A program made the translations under genes and the position numbers. From a virus: a stretch of 64,000 nt of DNA. The notes beneath the pieces are model-generated. The model ran no database searches, was not told the origin of the DNA, and worked only from the letters and a program-made list of their open reading frames with translations. How positions within the stretch are numbered: position 1 is the stretch's first letter; every line of letters starts with the position of its first letter. The stretch is taken from positions 1 through 64,000 of the IMG/VR virus record IMGVR_UViG_3300042922_000707; one strand, 5' to 3'. This document shows positions 1 to 8,956 of this stretch, in pieces.

Positions 1-1135
1 CACCCTCCTCCAAGGTCCAACCATTATATATTGCACTTGCTCCAATACTTTCAGCAAGCGACACAAGTATACTCATCATTGCTAAGTTTCTTGCTGGCGT
101 CCAACATACGGTGCTCTTTATGTTAGTCTTTTCAGACTTTGGTATATCTAAGTTAGGGTCTGTCAATACGCTACTTCCCAATTGCCCAAGCCACTTAATA
201 TCAATGTATTTTACTACCGCACCCAAATCATTGGCTATTGCCTGAACAGCTTCCCACTCACGCTCTGCACTCTTTTGACCCATGTCAAAAAATGCCATTA
301 CAACTTCCTTACCTTCTATCTTCTTCGCAACATAGGCACTGGTGGAACTGTCAATACCACCACTTGCACATACAAGTACTAAATTGTTATTCTTGGGTGG
401 TAAGCTGGAAATTGTCTTTGTGTGCAACTCCTCTTCCACGTGACAGAATTGTTTAAAGTTTATGTAATTGATTGTATACGGGTTGACATTTTCAATTCTA
501 TTTCTGCTAAATATATTCTCTTTGCCAAATATATCTTCAATAAACTCTCTCTCACTTGCAAAATAAAAATCATTTTTGTCTGTACCATACCAAAGCGTTT
601 TAAAGTCTTTGATTAGTACTACCTCATCTGGGTTGCCTATCTTGGCAAAAGCACATGCAAAACCCCCACTTAGAATTGGAAATACCTCATGCTTAAGTAT
701 ACTATAGCAGTCTCTAACCGTGCCGTAGGTTGTATGTCTATATAATAAGTCCAACACCAGCTCTGAGTCTAATTTCATATCCGTAAGTGAGTACTTACTA
801 CATAGCTCTTCGTCATTTGACACAACGCCATTATGAGCAAGGACATAGCCATGCTTTAATACTGGCTGTAGTGAATCCACATCAGTGCTTGCAATCTCCG
901 TCATAGGCTGTGCCCGTGCATTAAGTATTACAAAATCTCCACTGAAGTCCATATTGAAAAATGGCTCACTACCTGTTGGAAGTTCTGTACTTTTGAGCCA
1001 CTTCCCTGTCCTTACACTTACAATACCGTAACCATCCTGACCTCTAAGGCTAGTTTTTTCCATCAGTTGCACTATCTTTTTTACCTGCTCTGTGTGGTTA
1101 CCTTCTCCAAACCTAATACCTGCAATTCCGCACAT
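1..1135 (-). CDS. queC: Gat-QueC fusion (class II glutamine amidotransferase + 7-cyano-7-deazaguanine synthase), C-terminus beyond window edge
   Basis: Hand-translated; not in ORF track. ATG at 1135 with GGAGG RBS, open to position 1. MCGIAG..RGQDGYG..AHNGVVSN..DSE (Ntn-type GATase), then SGGIDS, FDMGQK, SSVLTD, TPARN (QueC motifs). Confidence 0.92.
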   Translation of the reverse strand, partial: MCGIAGIRFGEGNHTEQVKKIVQLMEKTSLRGQDGYGIVSVRTGKWLKSTELPTGSEPFFNMDFSGDFVILNARAQPMTEIASTDVDSLQPVLKHGYVLAHNGVVSNDEELCSKYSLTDMKLDSELVLDLLYRHTTYGTVRDCYSILKHEVFPILSGGFACAFAKIGNPDEVVLIKDFKTLWYGTDKNDFYFASEREFIEDIFGKENIFSRNRIENVNPYTINYINFKQFCHVEEELHTKTISSLPPKNNNLVLVCASGGIDSSTSAYVAKKIEGKEVVMAFFDMGQKSAEREWEAVQAIANDLGAVVKYIDIKWLGQLGSSVLTDPNLDIPKSEKTNIKSTVCWTPARNLAMMSILVSLAESIGASAIYNGWTLEEG

Positions 1136-1166
1136 TAAGTTCATACCTCCTTAATTTATATAGTAC

Positions 1167-1196
1167 AGTATAAAACCAACCATAAATAATTGTAAA
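1167..1196 (-). promoter_or_regulatory. Phage 18-bp-spacer promoter upstream of gat-queC
   Basis: Minus strand TTTACA-N18-TATACT-GTA. Confidence 0.75.
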
Positions 1197-1221
1197 ATAA
1201 AAAGCCCTGAATTAGGGCTTT
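1197..1221 (-). terminator. Intrinsic terminator after dNMP kinase
   Basis: AAAGCCCT/AGGGCTTT hairpin followed by T-run on minus strand. Confidence 0.7.
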
Positions 1222-1798
1222 ATTTTTGACACTCCGGTTCGTTAACTAAGTTTTCCAGCACTCTTTCCCAAGTTGACCTACTCTCAGTATTAACTGACCA
1301 AATCCTTATATTTTTATGTGTTTCAGAAAGCTCCTCCATCAACTTATAGTATTCGGATTGCTGACGGATTGATTCCTCTGTGCAGAAGTTTATATCCAAA
1401 TGTGATGCCTTATCACGATTTAATCTTTCTTGCATTACACCCAGGTTACCACAGAACAAATTAAGTATTATAACGTCATAGTCTATTTTGTCCAAGCGGT
1501 CCATCAGCCCTGCACAAACATCACTGAAGTTGTAGTTTCTATAGCCAAGTCTACAATAAACTTCCTCTGAAATAAATGTTCTGTCAAACAGCAAGTTAAC
1601 TCCTGTTCCGGAAGTGCTTTCCATATAATCCACTAAAGCACAGTACATTTTAGTGGACTTAAATTTTCCAGTTGGTGCCTTATCTCGATGTCCGCTTAGT
1701 CTATACAGATTAGTATATGGTAACTTCTCTCGGAGCCAGTTAGTAATTGTCGTCTTTCCTACGCCCTGAGGGCCTTCTACAATAATTAATTTACTCAT
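1220..1798 (-). CDS. Thymidylate/dNMP kinase-like P-loop protein
   Basis: IVEGPQGVGKTT Walker A, LLFDRTFISE motif of the TMK/dNK family; next to dut and thyX. Confidence 0.8.
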   Translation of the reverse strand: MSKLIIVEGPQGVGKTTITNWLREKLPYTNLYRLSGHRDKAPTGKFKSTKMYCALVDYMESTSGTGVNLLFDRTFISEEVYCRLGYRNYNFSDVCAGLMDRLDKIDYDVIILNLFCGNLGVMQERLNRDKASHLDINFCTEESIRQQSEYYKLMEELSETHKNIRIWSVNTESRSTWERVLENLVNEPECQK

Positions 1799-2304
1799 TT
1801 TCCGGAGCTCCCTATTAAGCCTTCCATCCTTTTGGATACTTTCTTAAGCAGTGTCGAAAGGCTTACCTCTTTGCACTTCACTCGAGGAGTTTTTACCATA
1901 ACTGCCTGGCATATTGCCTTGGACATTGGGTAGTAAATTGCATTATCCATCCCTGGCAATAACTTAATTTCCTCTTGCGTAATTACTTTATCATTGTAAA
2001 ATACTGCTGGCACATTATTGCAGTTTTGAATAGGAACTAACCACTCCCCTCTGAAACCACTGTCAAATACTCCCGCCCTTTGCTGTAGACCTTTGGTGCC
2101 TGTACTGCCACGCTCTTTAAGTATAACAGCATACCTATCACTAAAAGCGGACTTTAGTCCAGTAGAGAATTTGTGGATTTGTTGGGGCTCTAGTACGAGG
2201 TATGGGTCCAGCAATATTCCATAAATATCAAGTCCAGCGTCCTCCTTTCTCTTTGTTGGAATTACCGCCAAACTATTTATTCTAGCCCAATATATCTTTG
2301 CCAT
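1795..2304 (-). CDS. dut: Trimeric dUTPase
   Basis: AGLDI, ERGSTG, GVFDSGFRGE, ICQAV motifs and C-terminal RMEGLIGSSG. Confidence 0.92.
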   Translation of the reverse strand: MAKIYWARINSLAVIPTKRKEDAGLDIYGILLDPYLVLEPQQIHKFSTGLKSAFSDRYAVILKERGSTGTKGLQQRAGVFDSGFRGEWLVPIQNCNNVPAVFYNDKVITQEEIKLLPGMDNAIYYPMSKAICQAVMVKTPRVKCKEVSLSTLLKKVSKRMEGLIGSSGK

Positions 2305-3151
2305 TGTTACCCTCCTGTGCCTGCATCATTATTAAATACTGTTTGTAGCCCTCTAATACCTTAGCCTTAGTTGGCATCTTACCACAGCATTTTTTGCCCT
2401 CAATACAATAACCAAGCTGTTCGCATTTAGGTACCATATATTCCAATATTTCGGGTACGTATTTTTCCAACTCATCCTTCATCATGGATGCTATTCTTCT
2501 TATTTCCCATTGGGCTCTATTGCACAGGCGCTCGTTCATAAAGTGAATCATAGCCTGAAGTGAGAACACTGTGTTAACTCTAGTCTCACAGCCATTTGGA
2601 AGTACAAATCTAGCATCCTCGGCAGGTATGTCAAGTGCCTTTAGGTCACCATAGATAGTGTTTAGGTACTCCATTGCATCCACATAAATTACTTCTGCAA
2701 CTTTATTCTTTTTGATGCTCGGTGGGGTTATGTAATTAAAGCCATCCTCTTCCACGTATCTCTGTGAACGCTGGTTATGGTCCACACCCACACTGTGTCT
2801 AACATACTGGTGACTGAATGCCCTGCTTGCCCCTTCCACATGAAATTTAAAATGCACACTCCTTAAGGCAGACCCATGATTTGTGTCTATTACATGCTTT
2901 CCGATGTGCTTAATTCCATTTTGTGAGTCGTAGCAGATTTTTGCAAAGTCTCCTATTTGGTAAAACAGGTCCTTCAACTCATCAACATTCAAAAGTTGTA
3001 CAACTGGTTGTGACTCCCTGTCCTCACTATCCTCTTCATCAGGTATCACAGCAACCTTACATCCCTCAGCCTTATTGCTGGTGGTACAGTCTAAGCAAGA
3101 TTGACTAGCACACTTCAAAATTCCATCCTCTACCAATGTCTTTATTTTCAT
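2282..3151 (-). CDS. thyX: FAD-dependent thymidylate synthase with Cys-rich N-terminal extension
   Basis: SRAFSHQYVRH..QRSQRY, EDARFVLP, RLCNRAQWEIR. Confidence 0.93.
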   Translation of the reverse strand: MKIKTLVEDGILKCASQSCLDCTTSNKAEGCKVAVIPDEEDSEDRESQPVVQLLNVDELKDLFYQIGDFAKICYDSQNGIKHIGKHVIDTNHGSALRSVHFKFHVEGASRAFSHQYVRHSVGVDHNQRSQRYVEEDGFNYITPPSIKKNKVAEVIYVDAMEYLNTIYGDLKALDIPAEDARFVLPNGCETRVNTVFSLQAMIHFMNERLCNRAQWEIRRIASMMKDELEKYVPEILEYMVPKCEQLGYCIEGKKCCGKMPTKAKVLEGYKQYLIMMQAQEGNNGKDILG

Positions 3152-3213
3152 TACTACCTCCTATTATTTTAGTGACTTGGGATAGATTTATTCCACCCCA
3201 AGCCATCTTTGGT

Positions 3214-4221
3214 TTATTTATTAAGTTGCTCTTTAAAAATCTTATCCAAATCCATAAAGTGGTTTGCTGTGTCATTCCACTGTTCGGATAAGTATGGGTA
3301 GGACCAGAAACAGCCCGGGCACTCTTCTCTATCCTTGTGCCATGCCGCAAGGAATTCTTCTAAATTGTCTTGGAAGTTGAATACATTAAACTTACAAATG
3401 TTCTCTCCCTTTCTATACCCGCACACTCTGAAAGAGCCATCCGCATCAATTGTGAGTATTTCATCTTTGGTACAATGCCAATTCAAATTGTCCAAGTATC
3501 TAAATAGGTCCGCGAACCAGTTTGCATTGTTCTGTATATTAACTTCCTTGTCATTCTTCATTCTAAGAAGTTCTTTCAACTGCTCTTTCAATGCAAGTTT
3601 ATCTTCTTCATCCAGTATGTACTCGGATAACTCACCCTTTGGCGGGAAGAAGTCATATTTACCATCCTGGTCCCAATGGATAACATTGAGCCCAACTGTC
3701 AGACCAAACTGACTAACATACTTAACAATGTCAACAAGGTTTCTGCAATTCATTTTGTGTACAGTTATTATACCCAAAAGTTCTTCGACACCTTTTTCCT
3801 TCATGGCAAGTAAGTTTTCCAATCCCTGCCATCCCTTATCTTTTATATCACCCTTATACTCAGTATCTATGTTAACTAAATCTATTGGTATGCTGAAGTT
3901 CTTTAGTCCAGCGTTTACAACATCGTCACAGTACTGTTCAAACAACTCCTTAGGAGCGGAACTGTAGATTCCATAGTTGTAATCCTTAATGCCTTCAATA
4001 ATCTTAGGCAGTTCTTCCTTAAGCATAAAGGGCTCATTGCCTAAAATTAAGTTAAACTCTACACCAGCATCTTTAAGTATCTTAAATGCACTTAGCCACT
4101 GCTCTGTAGTTAACTCTGGTCCTTGTAACTTGCTGTCGCGTATTCTACAATACTCACATCTTCTTGGGCATTTCTTTGTCAAGTATACGCAACTTAATGG
4201 AAATTTTATATCCTTATTCAT
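3214..4221 (-). CDS. Radical SAM enzyme with C-terminal twitch/SPASM-like auxiliary cluster domain
   Basis: CPRRCEYC (CxxxCxxC), GNEP, C-terminal WHC..IDADGSFRVC..CPGC. Confidence 0.88.
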   Translation of the reverse strand: MNKDIKFPLSCVYLTKKCPRRCEYCRIRDSKLQGPELTTEQWLSAFKILKDAGVEFNLILGNEPFMLKEELPKIIEGIKDYNYGIYSSAPKELFEQYCDDVVNAGLKNFSIPIDLVNIDTEYKGDIKDKGWQGLENLLAMKEKGVEELLGIITVHKMNCRNLVDIVKYVSQFGLTVGLNVIHWDQDGKYDFFPPKGELSEYILDEEDKLALKEQLKELLRMKNDKEVNIQNNANWFADLFRYLDNLNWHCTKDEILTIDADGSFRVCGYRKGENICKFNVFNFQDNLEEFLAAWHKDREECPGCFWSYPYLSEQWNDTANHFMDLDKIFKEQLNK

Positions 4222-4925
4222 TACTTCCTCACCTGTCCTCCATCAATTATTATATTGGAGCCTGTCATAAATGGGCTGTCCAATATCATTTTAACAACTG
4301 GTACTATCTCTTCTGGCCGTGCCTCTCTTTTTTGTGGTACCTGTGCATCCAAAAGTTCCTGTGGTGCGTCCCCTGGTACTAAGTTTGTGTTGAAGTAGCC
4401 AGGGCTTATGCAGTTTATCCTCACCAATTCCGGCTTAAACGTACACAATCCTTCAGTTAGTGCTATTATGCCTGCCTTTGCCGCCGCATATAATGGAGTC
4501 TCGCTGTCCGCCTTTACACCGCAACATGACGCAATACTTATTATGTTCAACTTACAGCAGTCATCCATTGCACCCTGTATAAAATGTTTAGTCACAAGAT
4601 AGTGTGTCATTAAATTGACATCCAAAATATTAAATTCCTGTTTCAGGTCATACAGTAAAAAACTATCCTCTAGTGGCATGTAGCCTGCACAGTTTAAAAG
4701 CAAGTCACATCTAACCACGCCTTCCTTCACTAATTGGTCCACTACAGAAGCTGGGCTTTTATAGTCTACTTTTATGTGATGCACCGTTACTCCATCCGCT
4801 TCAATATTTAAGTAAGGCTTACTTCTACCTATACAATAGATTGTGTCATTGTATTGAATAATACCCTCTATTATAGCTTTACCTAACCCACTTGAGGCTC
4901 CGCTGATAACAATTACTCTGCCCAT
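4221..4925 (-). CDS. Short-chain dehydrogenase/reductase (SDR)
   Basis: ISGASSGLG cofactor motif, NCAG, YAAAK catalytic motif, INCISPG, TGSNIIIDGG. Confidence 0.92.
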   Translation of the reverse strand: MGRVIVISGASSGLGKAIIEGIIQYNDTIYCIGRSKPYLNIEADGVTVHHIKVDYKSPASVVDQLVKEGVVRCDLLLNCAGYMPLEDSFLLYDLKQEFNILDVNLMTHYLVTKHFIQGAMDDCCKLNIISIASCCGVKADSETPLYAAAKAGIIALTEGLCTFKPELVRINCISPGYFNTNLVPGDAPQELLDAQVPQKREARPEEIVPVVKMILDSPFMTGSNIIIDGGQVRK

Positions 4926-5083
4926 TAAATTTCCTCCTCTAAAAGTTGCGTGTCAATAAATTTTAATATTTTCTGTATACATGCGTGGTGCTCGACATAT
5001 TCCGGGCATGTAGGGCTTGGTATATCCTCACCCCACACTAACTCCCTCAATGCTATAATTTTATTTCTTAACTGCTCATCCAT
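4925..5083 (-). CDS. Small hypothetical protein (52 aa)
   Basis: Hand-translated MDEQLRNKIIALRELVWGEDIPSPTCPEYVEHHACIQKILKFIDTQLLEEEI; fills the gap, TAATG overlap with SDR. Confidence 0.65.
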   Translation of the reverse strand: MDEQLRNKIIALRELVWGEDIPSPTCPEYVEHHACIQKILKFIDTQLLEEEI

Positions 5084-5084
5084 A

Positions 5085-5657
5085 TTATCTATCCATGAAT
5101 TCTATGGTGTCAATTTTCCACACCTTATGCACTTTTCCACTTAGGTCCTCACAGATAGCACCAAAGTCAATACCTTCATCCTCTTCCATTCTACCCTCTT
5201 GGAACCACTGATGGAAATAACCTTCATGCTGTTCTTCATGCATATAAAATGCACCATTGTCTGGCTTACATCTTCTTTCAACAAGTGTAAATTTGCATCT
5301 TCTCAGTCCTGCACTCGCCTTGTCCAGTAAGTAATACATTTCTTGCTTAACATCAAAGTCTCTTAAAACTTCGTCTGTCACCACTGTATGCCCACTACCA
5401 AATAAACTGCTCGTTGCAGTTACCATAACTCCCTTAAAGTCCATACAGGCACTTAAGTAGTTAACAATCTCATTTACAAACTCTTCTATTGAGCCCGGCC
5501 ATTTCCATTCCATTATGTCCTTTTTAATCTGTTCCAAATCTGGAACATCATTTTTGCACAGCATGCCAACGCCAATAGTTAGTTCATCATGGGCATATTT
5601 AATATTACCTATGGTTACAACTCCCGGGTATGCTCCAACGAATTTAATCATGTTCAT
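5085..5657 (-). CDS. Two-domain hypothetical protein; N-terminal ~95 aa resembles a QueF-like T-fold
   Basis: DELTI..VPDLEQIKK..SIEEFVNEIVNYL..VMVTA pattern; TAATG-coupled to folE. Confidence 0.45.
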   Translation of the reverse strand: MNMIKFVGAYPGVVTIGNIKYAHDELTIGVGMLCKNDVPDLEQIKKDIMEWKWPGSIEEFVNEIVNYLSACMDFKGVMVTATSSLFGSGHTVVTDEVLRDFDVKQEMYYLLDKASAGLRRCKFTLVERRCKPDNGAFYMHEEQHEGYFHQWFQEGRMEEDEGIDFGAICEDLSGKVHKVWKIDTIEFMDR

Positions 5658-6232
5658 TATCTCCTTATCATTGATAAAAACTCCTGTCTAATTGCAGGGT
5701 CAGTTAAGAATGTTCCTCTCATTTCATTAGTGACAGTTATTGTACCTGGCTTTTTAACACCCCTCACTGTCATACACATGTGCTCTGCCTCTATTATAAC
5801 CGCACAGCCCTCAGCATCCAGTACTTCCATTATTGCATCCGCAATTTGACCAGTCAGTCTTTCTTGTATCTGTGGTCTCTTTGCATAGCCCTCTAGAAGT
5901 CTAGCAAGCTTACTTAAGCCAACAACTTTGCCATTTGGTATGTAACCTATGTGAGCAATGCCGTGGAATGGAACAAAGTGATGCTCGCAAAATGAATTAA
6001 ACGGTATCTTAGTTTCGATTACCATTGCACTTGTGGCTCCTTCGCTAAAGCCCTTCTGTAAATGTATTCTTGGGTCTTCTTTAAGCCCACTAAAGAACTC
6101 ACTATAAGCTCTTGCAAATCTTTCCGGTGTTTCTACCAACCCCTCTCTATTGGGGTCTTCGCCAATTGCTTCCAATATCTGCTTAAATGAACTGGCTACA
6201 ATTTCTTCTGCTGGTGTTAATTTTCTACCCAT
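5657..6232 (-). CDS. folE: GTP cyclohydrolase I
   Basis: [44 protein letters not shown]. Start moved to ATG 6232 (AAGGAGG RBS). Confidence 0.96.
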   Translation of the reverse strand: MGRKLTPAEEIVASSFKQILEAIGEDPNREGLVETPERFARAYSEFFSGLKEDPRIHLQKGFSEGATSAMVIETKIPFNSFCEHHFVPFHGIAHIGYIPNGKVVGLSKLARLLEGYAKRPQIQERLTGQIADAIMEVLDAEGCAVIIEAEHMCMTVRGVKKPGTITVTNEMRGTFLTDPAIRQEFLSMIRR

Positions 6233-6263
6233 ACTAGCCTCCTTAAAATTAATTTTGCAATAC

Positions 6264-6293
6264 AGTATAAAATGAATCAAGTAAAAATGTAAA
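6264..6293 (-). promoter_or_regulatory. Phage 18-bp-spacer promoter upstream of folE
   Basis: TTTACA-N18-TATACT-GTA. Confidence 0.75.
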
Positions 6294-6339
6294 ATAAAAT
6301 TAAAAGACTCACTTTGATTTATGTGAGTCCTTAATTTAA

Positions 6340-6573
6340 TCAATTAAGTGTGCCCTTTTTGTACTCCTCTAGCTGTCTTCCTAGAAAGTCATTAATTCCT
6401 TCGTAAAGTGCATTTCTTCTCTCCAGACTACTAATTTCAATTTCACATAGAAACAACTGGTTTTCCAAGTGTATTATCCTATAGTGGCTAAATAGTCCGA
6501 AAACTATGTGGAATACTAGACTTAGTGCTAACAGCGAAAGCAAAATGAATTTTTCATTTTTAGTCTTCCACAT
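6340..6573 (-). CDS. Small single-TM membrane protein with coiled-coil tail
   Basis: Hydrophobic [20 protein letters not shown] segment. Confidence 0.55.
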   Translation of the reverse strand: MWKTKNEKFILLSLLALSLVFHIVFGLFSHYRIIHLENQLFLCEIEISSLERRNALYEGINDFLGRQLEEYKKGTLN

Positions 6574-6577
6574 GCCA

Positions 6578-7219
6578 TTATACCCCTCGCTCTTCCGGTG
6601 GCCATATAAATTTATGTATCTGTAATTGCATTCTGCAGTTATTCAATTTGTTCTCCAGAATAAATTCAACAATTCTTTTTGGCTCAATTTTTCCAAACAC
6701 AGGGCTAAAGAATACTTGGCAATTTGGCTTACAATTAATTATAAGCTGTTTTGCATCCAAGAGGTCTAATTCACTTCCACATACAAATTTAAGAGCGTCC
6801 TTACTCTGCAGTATATCCAAGTTGCTTAGTTGCATACAAGGTGACATAAGACTGCTTGGAGTCTTCCAGTCCATTGTTATGCACAGTGATGGATGGTTAG
6901 GAAGTTCTGATATATCACATGAGCCATTCGTCTCTATTTCAACTTCAAATCCATCCCCCAACAGTATTGTACAAAGTGAAATTAAGTCAGCACCCTGTAA
7001 TAAGGGTTCACCACCTGTAATTGTTACACGTTGTACATTACTTGCCAATACCAGGTCAAGCACCTCTGGAATAGACATTTCCTTTCCACCCTCATAGCTG
7101 TATGAGGTATCACAATAAGAACATCTCAAATTACATCCAACAAATCTTAGAAACAGTACCGGGTATCCTTGGTATCTACCCTCACCATTCACACTAACAA
7201 AGTGTTCCAAAAGTTTCAT
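6578..7219 (-). CDS. queE: 7-carboxy-7-deazaguanine synthase (radical SAM)
   Basis: SVNGEG, FLRFVGCNLRCSYCDT, TGGEPLLQ, IETNGS, QLQIHK. Confidence 0.95.
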   Translation of the reverse strand: MKLLEHFVSVNGEGRYQGYPVLFLRFVGCNLRCSYCDTSYSYEGGKEMSIPEVLDLVLASNVQRVTITGGEPLLQGADLISLCTILLGDGFEVEIETNGSCDISELPNHPSLCITMDWKTPSSLMSPCMQLSNLDILQSKDALKFVCGSELDLLDAKQLIINCKPNCQVFFSPVFGKIEPKRIVEFILENKLNNCRMQLQIHKFIWPPEERGV

Positions 7220-7236
7220 TTATTTCCTCCTCCATT

Positions 7237-7683
7237 CTAGGAATATGGGCACATAGCCTTATGTACCATCTTTCTTGTCAATGTTGCATAACTGTTCCTA
7301 GTTTCCCAAAGTTTAATTTCCTCCAACGCCACATGTGCTGGAAGTTCTTCTTGTATCGTCACCCACAAATATCTTATCATATTCTCACAGGTAGTATTGA
7401 AATCAAAGTAATTATTTAGATAATTGTGGTCCAATGGCTCTATAACTTCATTTACTATGCCTTTCAATTCCTTAAAGTCAATTAGAAGTCCATCTCTTCC
7501 GGGTTTGCCCTCTATCGTTACTTCCATATGATAACTATGTCCATGTGAGTGTTCACATTTACCCTCGTATGGTACCAAGTGGTGCCCCGCCTCAAAATCA
7601 AATTCTTTTGTTAATCTAACAGGGACGTTTTCCATTATTTCTGGGATTCCTTTACATCCCTCAACTCTTGTTTTAACTAGCAT
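7237..7683 (-). CDS. queD: 6-carboxytetrahydropterin synthase
   Basis: FEAGHHL..GKCEHSHGHSY, LDHNYLN, TTCEN, LWET. Confidence 0.95.
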   Translation of the reverse strand: MLVKTRVEGCKGIPEIMENVPVRLTKEFDFEAGHHLVPYEGKCEHSHGHSYHMEVTIEGKPGRDGLLIDFKELKGIVNEVIEPLDHNYLNNYFDFNTTCENMIRYLWVTIQEELPAHVALEEIKLWETRNSYATLTRKMVHKAMCPYS

Positions 7684-7710
7684 GTCTAATGTACCTCCTT
7701 TTTATATTAC

Positions 7711-7740
7711 AGTATAAAACCAATCACACTATTTTGTAAA
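7711..7740 (-). promoter_or_regulatory. Phage 18-bp-spacer promoter upstream of queD
   Basis: TTTACA-N18-TATACT-GTA. Confidence 0.75.
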
Positions 7741-7755
7741 TTAGTGGTCGCTGTG

Positions 7756-7785
7756 AAAAATGTGAGTGCTGGGTACACTCACATT
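7756..7785 (-). terminator. Intrinsic terminator
   Basis: AATGTGAGTG/CACTCACATT 10-bp stem plus T-run. Confidence 0.75.
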
Positions 7786-7832
7786 CAAATGTTAAATTAT
7801 GTAGATTCACCTTGATATATAATTCTACTTAA

Positions 7833-8915
7833 TTATCTGTTATAAACAGACTTTCTTCTTTCTTTTGTCAATAAATCTGTTGTCTCAATTTTTTGAACAT
7901 CAACTTTCTCGTCAAAAGCAAGCTTGTAAGTTCCTGCAAGTGCTCTCGCTAGAAATATTGCATATCTCTTTTCAGTGCTTTCGAGTGACTCATTCTTAGC
8001 TCTGTCTCCGGCTGTTAATGTACTAATTCTTTCAGCAAGTGGTTTGTACTCTTCTGACTTAACAAAGTCCACAGCAGTAGTTACACTTACATGCCACAAC
8101 ATGTCTTTTCCAAATAACACATTAACCTGACCTCTGGTTGCTCTATTGGCTTCCATTATCTTTGCACTGTAGCCCGACGCCTTAGCTTCCTGAACTAACT
8201 TATATTGGTTAACATCTTGTGGGTCTCTTAGTACCCATTTTGGATATCCATCAACTGGCTTTCTTGGCTCTTTTGGAGTTTTTGGAGCTGGTGTCGCTTT
8301 TCCTATTATTCCAACATCTTCCAATTCCACACCTGGTGTAATTGCTTTCAGTGCCTCTTCTGTTAATGCAATAGGACAATCTGCCTTAAGCATTTTCATG
8401 GCAGTCACTTTACTTACAAGGTAAGTAGCCAATAATAATTCTATTGCCTGGTCCTTACTATTGAATTTCTTAACCTCACCAGTTAAAATATCCATTATGT
8501 GCCCACTAACGACTTTTTTATTGGACTCCATTTTTTCTTCGATCTCGATTTCAATTGCAGTTTTACCTGTTCTAAATGACTGTTTAAATTTTACCGCCGC
8601 TTTTGGTTCCTTTGGTGCTTTTGGTTCCTTTGGTGCTTTTGGTGTCTTTGCGGAAATTTCTTTCTTAGCTTGTGTACCTGTTTCTGTGGCAACAGCCTCA
8701 ATAATTTCTCCGCCCTCATTCATAACCTCATTAACCTGCTCGGAAGTTAATTTCAATTCGGATTCCATAAATGCTCTTCCCATTCTCTCACTGCTAAATT
8801 TTCTGTTGTTTACTTCCATTTTAGCAACTTTGCCATCATCATTCTTATGAAGAATAACATTAACGGGCGTCTCACCAAATACCTTATTAATTTTTACCTG
8901 AGTCATAACTAACAC
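7833..8915 (-). CDS. Lys-rich multidomain hypothetical protein with PK(A/E/T) linkers
   Basis: 360-aa ORF; TPKAPKEPKAPKEPK and APKTPKEPRKP linkers; own promoters and terminator. Confidence 0.75.
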   Translation of the reverse strand: MLVMTQVKINKVFGETPVNVILHKNDDGKVAKMEVNNRKFSSERMGRAFMESELKLTSEQVNEVMNEGGEIIEAVATETGTQAKKEISAKTPKAPKEPKAPKEPKAAVKFKQSFRTGKTAIEIEIEEKMESNKKVVSGHIMDILTGEVKKFNSKDQAIELLLATYLVSKVTAMKMLKADCPIALTEEALKAITPGVELEDVGIIGKATPAPKTPKEPRKPVDGYPKWVLRDPQDVNQYKLVQEAKASGYSAKIMEANRATRGQVNVLFGKDMLWHVSVTTAVDFVKSEEYKPLAERISTLTAGDRAKNESLESTEKRYAIFLARALAGTYKLAFDEKVDVQKIETTDLLTKERRKSVYNR

Positions 8916-8956
8916 CTCTCCTTTATTTTATGTGAACAATATTACAGTAGGATTTT

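Noticed and set aside
3105-3350. Out-of-frame minus-strand ORFs (3105..3350, 14364..14585, 19544..19735, 31997..32182, 38696..38881, 58189..58380)
   Set aside because: Nested in or overlapping real genes, with no motif support.
3214-4221. Radical SAM as viperin, MoaA or an RNR activase
   Set aside because: Lacks the family-specific motifs I would expect, and no partner genes (moaC, nrdD) are present.
1-7683. dpdA/TGT-like transglycosylase
   Set aside because: No TGT-like ORF recognised in the window. It may lie beyond the left edge, so DNA insertion of the base is inferred, not shown.
7684-7830. preQ1 riboswitch upstream of que genes
   Set aside because: The region is fully explained by a terminator, promoter and RBS; the leader is too short and lacks the aptamer motif.
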